From: a virus
Length of the DNA: 24,442 bases
UHGV virus genome: UHGV-1686243
Direction: 5' to 3' (one strand)
The notes below the pieces were generated by a model. That model had not been told where the DNA came from. It saw only the letters and a program-made list of their open reading frames with translations, and did no database searches. Made by a program: the position numbers and the translations under genes. Below, one piece after another: positions 16,501 through 24,221 of this stretch; position 1 is the first letter of the stretch; each line of letters begins with the position of its first letter.

Positions 16501-19500
16501 TAATGCTGTGGAAATGGGGCGTCTTGACCTGGCGTCCGGTAAACACCGTGATGCGCAGAAGAAGAACAAGATTAAGGATCAGGCCGCGAATACCGGTACA
16601 ACGAAGAAGCAGAATATCCCGTACTTTGAGGATATGAACTTCGATAGCGTGATTGCCGACGAGGGGCATAACTACCGCAACTCCTTTAATGCCGGGCGTG
16701 AAGCGGGACAACTGGCATATTTGCCTAACCCGGCAGTATCCAAGATGGCCCGCGACATGGCTGTAAAAGCTGCGTACATGATGAAACGCAACAACGGGCG
16801 TGGTGTAGTCATGCTGACGGCAACTCCGCTGGTGAACAGTCCGATTGATGCCTTCAACATGCTGTCTACTGTCATTCCGCAGGAAGAGTGGATGCGCATG
16901 GGCATCATTACGCCTGATGATTTCGTTCGTGTGTTTGGCAAAACAGCCACAGTTCAGGTCCAGAAAATTTCCGGGGAAGTGGAAGAGAAGCAGGGGCTGG
17001 TGGGCTTCCAGAACCTTGACGGCCTGCGTGGTATTTTCCATCGTTGGACCACTCTGAAGACTGCTGCAGATGTCGGAGCGACGGTTAAAATTCCAGACAT
17101 CATCGAGAACACCTTGCAGATCCCGATGACAGGGGAGCAGGAGACTGCTTATGAAGAGCTTCGTAAGCGTGCTCAGGAGTTAAGTCGCAATGATGAGCTG
17201 ACAGTCGATGAAAACGGGCATATCACTAACGACAAACCGGATGATTTCATCTTCTCCATCATCCGCGACATGGACAAGGTTGCTATAGACCCGGATCTGT
17301 ATGCCAGTGCGATTACATTCCAGTTCCCCGTTGAGCTTGCAGACCAGGTAAAAGCTATTGCTGATGCCTTGCCAAAAGTAGCTGGCGGTAAAGTGGCAGA
17401 TGATGTTGATGAGGCCGAGGAAGACGGCGCTGGCGGGCTGGTCAGTACGCGTACCAGCAAGGTAGTGAAGACCGCTTTTAGTGAACATCCGACGCATGTT
17501 GAAATACGTGCCAGCATTGAACTGGAAGCTGAAATACTGAAGGCCATTGCGGCTGCCGGTATTGATATGCAGCAGGTATCGCACCCCATCCCGCCGAAGT
17601 ATGCCGCGCTGATCGAAAATCTTCGTGAAGGTCTGAAGAACGGTAAGCAGATCGTCTTTATTGATGAAAAAGCCCAGCACCAGAAGCTGCGCCGTATTAT
17701 CGCCAGTGCACTGCAAATGCCGGAGCAGGAGATTGGCATTATCAATGCGACGACAGTTAGCCAGGCTGGCGGCATCAAGCTGAAGAAGGTGAATAAGCCG
17801 ACCGAACCTACTCCAAACAAAAACGGTGAATACAAAGAAGGGGCATGGGAAACCTACTACAGCAAACTTGCACAATATGAGGATTATCTCTCAGCTAAAA
17901 ATGATGCTGGCCTTGAGGGCATGGAAGGTATTGCCGCCGACTATAACGAAGGTCGCACGCGCATCATAATCTGTAACAAGAAGGCTGAAGTAGGTATTAA
18001 CCTGCACATCGGGACAACCGATATCCATCACCTGACACTACCCTGGACACCAGCCAGTATCGACCAACGAAATGGGCGCGGTGCGCGCGTAGGTTCACCG
18101 CAAGAAAAGGTCAATGTTCACTACTATTGTGGCAAAGGCACATTCGACGACTTCCGTCTGGATACGCTGAAACGTAAGAAAGACTGGATCAAGATGGTGA
18201 TGACATCCGACATGTCAGAGATCGCCAATGGTGATGCGGATGATGCTGATGAACGCGCCATTATGCTGGCGGCAAACCCGGAAGAACGCCGCGCAATCAT
18301 GGCTCGCCAGGCGCAAGAGCGTGAAGAACGTCTGAAACTGAAAGCACAGCGCGAGGCCAACAATGCTCTCGATATCTACCTGAAAGCGGCAAACGCCGCC
18401 GGAAAAGATATCGGCATGATGGAGACAGAACTGAAAAGCGCGATGGAACAGATAGAGCATTACCAGCGCAATCTTGACGACCTGATAAAAGCGGGTACGA
18501 ACAGGAATGGGCAAAAATACGCGCTTGAGCAGTTGAGTAGCTACAGAAAACGTGCGCGGGTGCTGAAGTTTGCGATCACCAGGGCAAAAGACGCGGATAC
18601 CATAATGAAACGCTCTCGTGGTGATGTGGAGCGCGCTATTAAGTCTGGTGTGCTGGATATCAGTATCGATGTTATTCAGAACCCACAGGAATATATGCGC
18701 ACTGACAAGAATATCCTGTTGCATAAAGGTAGTTATTACCGTGCAGTCATTGATGATCGCGAAACAACAGCGATTGTCCGGGTGGAAAAAATTGACGGTG
18801 AAAAAGCACAATACCTCTGCCGTATCGCCTGGCTGGATAGAGCAAGTCGTTACGCTCGAGCACCGGGGTCAATCGTTACATTGCCGTTTGACTCTGTGAT
18901 TGAAGCGGTAACTTTTGAAGAGGGGGTTGCTGAATCGCGCGCAACGGCTGCGCGTGGTGTTCAGTGCCACCAGCTATCAACAATACTTACTCGCGATCAG
19001 TTCTATGATGCTATTCGCAATGGGGTAATGAATGTTATTGCTGGTAAACCTGGTAATGCATGGGGCGGTGGGTCAGCTATTAAATACTGGGCATATCGCA
19101 CAGATGATGGTCAGATCGCGCTGTCATCGGCCTATGATGGCGTGATAGGCCAAAAAATCGGGCGAGCATCGGATATAGCACCTGAGCGATGGATATATCC
19201 TGATGGCAACGACGAGGCGCTGAAGCGTGAAGTGGCAAAAATACAAGCCAGTGATAACCCGCTGAATATCGTGGACGGCGAGGGATTCCTCCAGGCATTG
19301 TATGGGTATGATTACACCCAGGGAATGCAGGCATGGGGCGCACAGGCAACGATGGATGATGTTGCCCAGGAGTTCGAAAACTGGATGGCTGGGCGTGGTC
19401 TGTCAGGTCGTTCGCTTAATAAAGTCACTTCTGAAGATATTCTTAGCTTGTTCCGCAAACCGTCCGGAGAAGGTCTGGAATCATTCTGGAGGACCGTGCT

Positions 19501-20371
19501 GGCATACCGTTTATTCCAGGGCAGGATGAAAGCCTTTAGCAATATCGATGATATTGAACGGATGTTTAATCAGGTCAAGATCGCGAAAATTAAGGCGAAG
19601 ATCGAAAAAACACGTTCTGCGCTGGTGGCCTGGCGCGATGCATTGTTTGAGCAATATAAATCACTCAGTGATGCAGATGGATGGGCGGCATTGGAACAGC
19701 TGGCGAATAATGGGGTAGATGGAGCGAAACTCGCCATTGTTCAGGCTGATAACCCCCTGGAATCACCGGCAGCACAGTGGATTAAGGTGGGGGCTGTCAT
19801 CAATGCATTTGATGAAAAACACATTAGTAAGGACGATTTTGCTGATGCTGTTTCTGTTAATCGCCTGGTAGAAATGGCTACCCGCCGCGCACGTGAGTTG
19901 AAAGACGGCGACTATGTGAATGAGTTGCCGGATACGCTCAAATCGGCAACGTGGCAGGACTATGTATCGCTGAAAAACGGCGGGGCCACTGAATCAGAGA
20001 TCGCGGAAAGGCTTGAGCAGGCTGAAAGCAAAAGAGAAGAGCAGGCGGCAGTGGCTGAAGCCAGAGCTGATGAAGCGGCGAATGATGACTATATCATTGT
20101 GGTTAATGATAAGCCGATTCGCGCTAAGGCGCGTGTTCGCGGGCGCTGGTGGAGCGTCAGCGAGGACGTTGGCGCGGTTTATCTCATTGCCGACCAACCA
20201 GGTTCCTCGACAATACGGAACGCCAAAGACGCGATTAAGAAGATTGGCGGGCGTTTCTGGAATTTTGAAGCAAACCCGGTTGCTGATGTGAACTTTGACC
20301 GTCCTGCATGGATGGTATCTACGCGTTACTCGGTAGATGAACTGCGTAAAATAATCGCCGATGCGGCCTAA
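13535..20371 (+). CDS. darB: DarB-like giant anti-restriction protein: N6-adenine methyltransferase fused to an SF2 (DExH/SNF2-like) helicase
   Basis: TTG start 7 nt after a strong AGGGGG RBS. 2,278 aa. MTase motif I VLEPSAGTGIF and motif IV-like GNVPFGE; helicase motifs GFGTGLGKTTTALAL (I), VIADEGHNYRN (II), VMLTATPLVNS (III), IDQRNGRGARVG (VI). Size and architecture match recalled P1 DarB (about 2,255 aa). The gene symbol is assigned by architecture and synteny, not by alignment. Confidence 0.7.
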   Translation: MDKLLHSISEASSLGELIEIVSRLHKLRAVATFGVRKADGVSIQKTRRAANNAAVNLLNSLPPGFDGAKLTDKQRQILAGYTGEGGLTDGEGSQYEYYTPQFMAEGIWDLFADYGIDGGHVLEPSAGTGIFQETKRQGMIMTSAELSPISGRINQLLHPEDDVNIGAFEALAAKDAMYDHAVGNVPFGEGRSGVAGLDPAYANEKNVGNYFVLRTIDKVKPGGLIVLVVPNGMTDGTKYKKLRDKVSRKAEFLGAHRMPSGTFSESGTDTVVDVWVLRKHPETFLEMIPDTDDSTLKSANVLWDTFLKGKWFTTEGKRFVYGDMERTSFRNTLVVKKDGRVSNESMKTALSRRFDSRINWDLLGVTTQAWQGAKVGDKRLVGGIWHEFDGLKWVKDTTTKSSALDVSRYGVSTFGDLQIAFQSTNGILALSWDQISAIASDYPSVVSDEVAAMIRFAGKQREKDRERVMRGALIGQLINKALDLRNLGVNVDDKLADASRLAAAEVAKYGPPHAIKLNGLAEAGAKNWMTFTGNVKQDGSTSDLLAGRLDVTDGAAGIDFTRPEQVIAHLFSDVALNPITLGDFREAFAGELPEDDDAALEYLAKFDDIAIDGYGCLLPMDRATSGDVATKTALLVGWRDASTGEQKANFERQLAKIEEKRIFTPLNKVTVNLNARWLDRRLIKEFLAEQGYDEFKYTEPDLKVVDGILVSPDDYEGKDGVFTGYQLRTVNGKNGNEFKKANNKDGFLNQLENYLNGVKPRGQNANEYLDKIAQLEVSFNDWLRTHPQADQIARDYNDAFNGFIPFTHSDAPLGLEGISGKRIPLTYQNEEVRRLSEDGRGIMGFGTGLGKTTTALALEAYNFETGRTKRTCIVVPKAVYQNWYHEAQSFYSADAFANMMFIGLDEVRDDGGNILTAPVLDENGEPRLDSNGQPLTRNVVKESASAVIVQRMNMIPSSNWRTVIMTKEQFASIPLREKTIEENSQQAVFNAVEMGRLDLASGKHRDAQKKNKIKDQAANTGTTKKQNIPYFEDMNFDSVIADEGHNYRNSFNAGREAGQLAYLPNPAVSKMARDMAVKAAYMMKRNNGRGVVMLTATPLVNSPIDAFNMLSTVIPQEEWMRMGIITPDDFVRVFGKTATVQVQKISGEVEEKQGLVGFQNLDGLRGIFHRWTTLKTAADVGATVKIPDIIENTLQIPMTGEQETAYEELRKRAQELSRNDELTVDENGHITNDKPDDFIFSIIRDMDKVAIDPDLYASAITFQFPVELADQVKAIADALPKVAGGKVADDVDEAEEDGAGGLVSTRTSKVVKTAFSEHPTHVEIRASIELEAEILKAIAAAGIDMQQVSHPIPPKYAALIENLREGLKNGKQIVFIDEKAQHQKLRRIIASALQMPEQEIGIINATTVSQAGGIKLKKVNKPTEPTPNKNGEYKEGAWETYYSKLAQYEDYLSAKNDAGLEGMEGIAADYNEGRTRIIICNKKAEVGINLHIGTTDIHHLTLPWTPASIDQRNGRGARVGSPQEKVNVHYYCGKGTFDDFRLDTLKRKKDWIKMVMTSDMSEIANGDADDADERAIMLAANPEERRAIMARQAQEREERLKLKAQREANNALDIYLKAANAAGKDIGMMETELKSAMEQIEHYQRNLDDLIKAGTNRNGQKYALEQLSSYRKRARVLKFAITRAKDADTIMKRSRGDVERAIKSGVLDISIDVIQNPQEYMRTDKNILLHKGSYYRAVIDDRETTAIVRVEKIDGEKAQYLCRIAWLDRASRYARAPGSIVTLPFDSVIEAVTFEEGVAESRATAARGVQCHQLSTILTRDQFYDAIRNGVMNVIAGKPGNAWGGGSAIKYWAYRTDDGQIALSSAYDGVIGQKIGRASDIAPERWIYPDGNDEALKREVAKIQASDNPLNIVDGEGFLQALYGYDYTQGMQAWGAQATMDDVAQEFENWMAGRGLSGRSLNKVTSEDILSLFRKPSGEGLESFWRTVLAYRLFQGRMKAFSNIDDIERMFNQVKIAKIKAKIEKTRSALVAWRDALFEQYKSLSDADGWAALEQLANNGVDGAKLAIVQADNPLESPAAQWIKVGAVINAFDEKHISKDDFADAVSVNRLVEMATRRARELKDGDYVNELPDTLKSATWQDYVSLKNGGATESEIAERLEQAESKREEQAAVAEARADEAANDDYIIVVNDKPIRAKARVRGRWWSVSEDVGAVYLIADQPGSSTIRNAKDAIKKIGGRFWNFEANPVADVNFDRPAWMVSTRYSVDELRKIIADAA

Positions 20372-20407
20372 CAGATAAGGAGCGGCCCCAACTGGGGCCG
20401 AATTTGA

Positions 20408-20842
20408 ATGACGACATTAATTGACACTGTAAAACCGACGGAATCCTACCTTGAGGACATTTTGCCGCAGGCGCTCAATGGCAGGAGTGAAGAGGCGTTT
20501 CTGGATGCATATCTGAATGGCATGGTGGAAAGGCTGAAACGAGATCCACAGCTTTATCACCTTTATGGGCCGTGGTGGCCTGCGCTTAAAACGTTATTGC
20601 TGGAGCGCGGCGACATATCATTTGGACAAGTTGTAGATAGTGATGTGGCAGAGATCTACAAAATGAGTCGCCCGGCGCTTACGGTTTTGGCTGGGCATCT
20701 GTATTCGAGCGATCGCCTGGAAAATGACGCGGTATACAATCCTGTTCATGCTCTGGAAGTCGCACCTTATGCCGATGATACAGAGCCATACGTGTACACA
20801 AGTTACGACGAGTCTATAGAGAAATATCGAATTATGGGGTAG
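20408..20842 (+). CDS. hypothetical protein (144 aa)
   Basis: ATG start. A GGCCCC-aact-GGGGCC hairpin sits between the darB stop and this start. No recognisable motif. Confidence 0.5.
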   Translation: MTTLIDTVKPTESYLEDILPQALNGRSEEAFLDAYLNGMVERLKRDPQLYHLYGPWWPALKTLLLERGDISFGQVVDSDVAEIYKMSRPALTVLAGHLYSSDRLENDAVYNPVHALEVAPYADDTEPYVYTSYDESIEKYRIMG

Positions 20843-20844
20843 CC

Positions 20845-21105
20845 ATGCGAAAGAATCGTAGGTTTACGGTCGAAGACCTAAAGGAATATTCCATATCGAA
20901 GGGGTATATCCTTGAGTTCCACCGATACAAGAAGGTTTTTACGCTGCGAAAAGCAGAAAACCCTGCGAACTGGAGCTGGATATACTTTCCTCACACCGAT
21001 GATAAGTTGGTAGAACTTGTTGATGATTTAACCTATGAAGGTTGGTTGATCGCAATCGACAAGACAATCAAAGAATTATCCGAACAGGATAAAATAACCC
21101 TTTAA
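20845..21105 (+). CDS. hypothetical protein (86 aa), AT-rich coding sequence
   Basis: ATG is 2 nt after the upstream stop, with a GGGG RBS. Composition is visibly more AT-rich than the flanking genes. Confidence 0.45.
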   Translation: MRKNRRFTVEDLKEYSISKGYILEFHRYKKVFTLRKAENPANWSWIYFPHTDDKLVELVDDLTYEGWLIAIDKTIKELSEQDKITL

Positions 21106-21241
21106 AAATAACAGGTTGGGTAAATGCCATGCGATTTACCCTCCTTGTTGATTAAGGTCACTCTTTACTCTAAAAGCAAATCCGACCTGTTGCATATAGA
21201 CCATCCTTGAGTAGTATCTCTCTTGTTTTACAAATCTAACG

Positions 21242-21736
21242 TTGTTGTTATTATTTCGCATATTTACTATCAATGGGTGTGTTAGAAAAATAGCGCGAAA
21301 GAGAAGGCGTCGCAGTGAATATTCTGAAACATCCCCACATGCCGCAGCTCTTAGAGAACTGGAGAAAAACCCAGATCTAATCAAAAGGAACCATGAGCAT
21401 TACGAGCAGGTTCGCGTCCTGGACTGGATGTATCGCAATATGCGTTATGTGTATGAGCATACTCACGCCACTCCAAACGGTGGCCTGCGAGGCATAAGGA
21501 CGGCAATAAAAATGGTGGCAGAGGGCCAAAAGAAGGGATATCCCGATCTTTCTATAGACCTTGCTTGTGGGGGATACCACGGAATGCGCATTGAGATGAA
21601 ACATGGGAGAAATCGCCTGACTCCCGAACAACTCGTCTGGATGACTCGCCTCACAGAAGCCGGTTACTACTGCTTTGAGGCGCGCAGTGCCGCTGAAGCC
21701 ATAAAAGCTATCACGGAGTATGTTTGTCTTGATTAA
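21242..21736 (+). CDS. VRR-NUC domain nuclease (PD-(D/E)xK superfamily)
   Basis: C-terminal ~100 aa ...GYPDLSIDLACGGYHGMRIEMKHGRNRLTPEQLVWMTRLTEAGYYCFEARSAAEAIKAITEY fit the VRR-NUC signature. The start is uncertain: there is no in-frame ATG or GTG before the domain, only TTG 21242/21245, and a motif copy lies inside the predicted N-terminus. Confidence 0.55.
   Translation: MLLLFRIFTINGCVRKIARKRRRRSEYSETSPHAAALRELEKNPDLIKRNHEHYEQVRVLDWMYRNMRYVYEHTHATPNGGLRGIRTAIKMVAEGQKKGYPDLSIDLACGGYHGMRIEMKHGRNRLTPEQLVWMTRLTEAGYYCFEARSAAEAIKAITEYVCLD
21279..21289 (+). promoter_or_regulatory. GTGTTAGAAAA motif copy upstream of / within the 5' end of the VRR-NUC frame
   Basis: Exact motif match. Confidence 0.3.
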
Positions 21737-21750
21737 ACGGAGAAATCGTT

Positions 21751-21951
21751 TTGCGTTTACTTAACGTGGCAGAACTTATCCCTGCAGGAACTAATGCTAT
21801 CGCTCGTCGTCGCTCATGGCAGCAGGCACTATGTATTGAGATCTCGAAACGTATCAATGGAAGTTTTGAAGCTCGCAATATTGTTACTGGCGATAAGGTT
21901 CACATAACCCCGGAAAGTGCAAGCGCTGATGATTGGGAGTTTGTACATTGA
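21751..21951 (+). CDS. DUF2829-like small protein, second copy (candidate Tad2-type sponge)
   Basis: TTG start with GGAG 8 nt upstream. The 66-aa protein has N-terminal ...PAGTNAIARRRSWQ... and C-terminal ...SADDWEFVH, the same pattern as the ORF at 12668. Confidence 0.35.
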   Translation: MRLLNVAELIPAGTNAIARRRSWQQALCIEISKRINGSFEARNIVTGDKVHITPESASADDWEFVH

Positions 21952-22247
21952 GCAAAAAATATTATGTTAGTCTGGCGTTCGCTGACGATGCGGGGAGGAC
22001 GCGGAGTATCACGTTGAGCACACCGGTTAAGGCTGTGACAGCGCCGTTAATCCGTGAAGCTCTCAGAGAGCTGGAATTGGGGGAAAACTCGGCACTGTTG
22101 TCGGTTAGTTGGTTCGGGAAAATGTCAGAGAAACAATACGTGGATGGAGTTACCCCAATAACAGTAATGAGGCTACTTTCATTGCTGCAATGGGCCATCG
22201 TACCTGTATTTATCGCGTATCTTATTTATCAGGCTGCAACACAGTAA
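21933..22247 (+). CDS. small protein with C-terminal transmembrane anchor
   Basis: TTG start at 21933 or 21948. C-terminal hydrophobic segment VMRLLSLLQWAIVPVFIAYLIY. A strong terminator follows. Confidence 0.35.
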   Translation: MGVCTLSKKYYVSLAFADDAGRTRSITLSTPVKAVTAPLIREALRELELGENSALLSVSWFGKMSEKQYVDGVTPITVMRLLSLLQWAIVPVFIAYLIYQAATQ

Positions 22248-22253
22248 TTGCAT

Positions 22254-22282
22254 AAAAACCCGCCAATTAGCGGGTTTTTTGT
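22254..22282 (+). terminator. intrinsic terminator
   Basis: AACCCGC-caatta-GCGGGTT followed by TTTTTTGTTT, 7 nt after the stop codon. Confidence 0.75.
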
Positions 22283-22321
22283 TTATTGCATCTTCCGATA
22301 CCGTCATCAAACTAATAAAAT

Positions 22322-22332
22322 ATGTTAGAAAA
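22322..22332 (+). promoter_or_regulatory. ATGTTAGAAAA motif copy 28 nt upstream of the 407-aa gene start, preceded by CTAATAAAAT
   Basis: Exact core GTTAGAAAA followed by CTAATTT. Its position is consistent with a promoter or operator for the gene starting at 22361. Confidence 0.4.
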
Positions 22333-22360
22333 CTAATTTAACAAAGTGACGGGAACAGCA

Positions 22361-23569
22361 ATGAGTCAACACACTGATACTTCTAATCTGGAAATTATCT
22401 CGACAGCAATTGAAACGCTGCGCACACAAATCGCTCTTATACAGAAACGGAATCCGGGTGATGACCTGTCAAAGCGACTGCACGAGAGTGTCATTGCCAC
22501 TACAGATAACCTGGTGGCGGAAATCAACAAGCTGCTTGATGATGGGGCAGTTGATTACAATAAGCTGGTGGATCAGTTTGAGGAATACCAACAAGCCGTT
22601 AATGATGGCTTGATCCGTTTTTCACAAGTCACAGGCGTATCAGCGACAGTTGAAAGCCTGGGCGATGCAGTTAATCAATTTGCCGCGAATATGCGTAATG
22701 AGATCGGCAATCTGGAAGCGCGTCTTGAACAGGCAAATACACTGCGTAAATCTGCCGAAGCCGATTTGAACCGTTACAAAAAAGACTATCCGCCAAGCCT
22801 GACAAAGCGGCTGGATGTTGCGGAGAAGGATAACCGCACGCTGAAAAGAGAGCGCCGGGAACTAAAAGAGCGTTTAACCAAGCTCAATCAGCAATGCATT
22901 GATTATCAAGGCGAAGGCGTCACACTGCGTAAAAAGTTGGCTACAGCGCAGAGCATTATCGAAACATTAAAGCGAGAGTGTTCACAGCTTGGTCACGATC
23001 TGAACCGTGCTTGTGGCATGGGACAAAGACCAGAGACATTTCCACTTATGTATGATGGAAGGGATGCCATTGCCTACATCCATGAGTATCCGCACGGCCT
23101 GGTTGCGGAAACTGGGCAGCGTGGCGAAGCACTGCTGACGGCTAATTACCATCAACAAATCAGAACTAATCGCCTGTTAACGATGGATGTGATCCCATCG
23201 GTATGGGGAACGCCGCTTTACTATCGCCTGCCGGGCTTCGAAAAGGACTGGAATACCGACATAGACGAATGTCTCGCAGATAAAATTATGGCGTACCTGG
23301 AGACGGATTTTCCGCGCTTATATCGCCGGATTATGGACTCTAAGGATGCGCCAATCGATGAATTAAAAATGCGTCCGGAGACGCTGGAGGCAATCAAGCA
23401 GACGGAGTTTGATACTGTATTCAGTGTGGCCTGCATTCCAAGCTGTTTCCATGAAAGCATTCCGTTCATGCAAGGAGATCGTCGTCAGGAAATCATTGAC
23501 GCTTGCCGGGTATGGGCGAACGAATGGGATAAGAAGAATGGGGGTGTAGAAGATCTTTACGGGAAATAA
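22361..23569 (+). CDS. coiled-coil protein of unknown function (403 aa)
   Basis: ATG 22361 is preferred over the GTG 22346 used in the ORF track. N-terminal ~220 aa are heptad-rich; the C-terminal half has no recognisable motif. Confidence 0.55.
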   Translation: MSQHTDTSNLEIISTAIETLRTQIALIQKRNPGDDLSKRLHESVIATTDNLVAEINKLLDDGAVDYNKLVDQFEEYQQAVNDGLIRFSQVTGVSATVESLGDAVNQFAANMRNEIGNLEARLEQANTLRKSAEADLNRYKKDYPPSLTKRLDVAEKDNRTLKRERRELKERLTKLNQQCIDYQGEGVTLRKKLATAQSIIETLKRECSQLGHDLNRACGMGQRPETFPLMYDGRDAIAYIHEYPHGLVAETGQRGEALLTANYHQQIRTNRLLTMDVIPSVWGTPLYYRLPGFEKDWNTDIDECLADKIMAYLETDFPRLYRRIMDSKDAPIDELKMRPETLEAIKQTEFDTVFSVACIPSCFHESIPFMQGDRRQEIIDACRVWANEWDKKNGGVEDLYGK

Positions 23570-23570
23570 T

Positions 23571-23581
23571 GTGTTAGAAAT
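23571..23581 (+). promoter_or_regulatory. GTGTTAGAAAT motif copy
   Basis: Match immediately after the stop of the 407-aa gene. Confidence 0.3.
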
Positions 23582-23726
23582 CTAAAATCACAATTCGAAT
23601 GTATTGATTGTGAAGATGACTTAACATAGAATTTTCCTTGCTGGTGGGCGGTACCCACGTTTCGCTTGCTGGGCTTGATAGTCACTTATTGGTTATTGTT
23701 TGCCCACCAGCAATTAACAAATTAAA

Positions 23727-23737
23727 GTGTTAGAAAA
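23727..23737 (+). promoter_or_regulatory. GTGTTAGAAAA motif copy followed by GTATAGT (-10-like)
   Basis: Exact match in the ORF-poor region. Confidence 0.35.
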
Positions 23738-24221
23738 GTATAGTAAGCCAAGAGCACGCTTTGGCACCGAGCAGACCAAAGTTCAACAGGTTTAGTGCGG
23801 AAAGTGGTTTCAGAGAGAGCACTTTGCGGAGTAAACGACAATACATGTTGAGCCACGGAAGGTCTTTTTAAGGTGTTCATTGATGATGGTCCGGCAGAGA
23901 GTAACGGTACATGCTGCATCTAATCATCAATGCACATCTTCAACATTAAGGAGGCATAGGGATTTTTGTGGCGGTTACCTTTTGCCCTGAGTCTCCTTAA
24001 TGTTGCAGTAATGCACCTATGCGGATGTGGCCTTGCATTGTGTCTTGAAAGAATGGGGTAAGGCCGGGGATATCCCCAGGGGGAGGCACCCCCGCTGCAA
24101 CGAACAGCCACAGACGGCAGTCGAGTGATGGAAACGTGCAAAGACTTTAAACCTCGTTACGGCTGGCGTGGCAAACGCGACAACCGAGACAGAGCGGTGA
24201 CGGGCGGAGAGAGTGCCGCAT

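Noticed and set aside
13839-19542. About fifteen minus- and plus-strand ORFs of 60-230 aa inside the DarB-like gene
   Set aside because: All are nested within a 6.8-kb ORF that carries coherent MTase and helicase motifs in the expected order. They are typical antisense or alternative-frame shadows of a long CDS.
21136-21384. Minus-strand 82-aa ORF
   Set aside because: It spans an intergenic hairpin and the 5' end of the VRR-NUC gene and has no RBS. Its translation is low-complexity.
22300-22340. Assigning the motif flank (CTAATAAAAT) as a bona fide P1 C1 repressor operator
   Set aside because: Similarity to the remembered 17-bp C1 consensus is only partial (roughly 10-13 of 17 depending on copy), and no c1 gene is in the window. 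It is kept as a hypothesis under the motif finding, not called as a feature.
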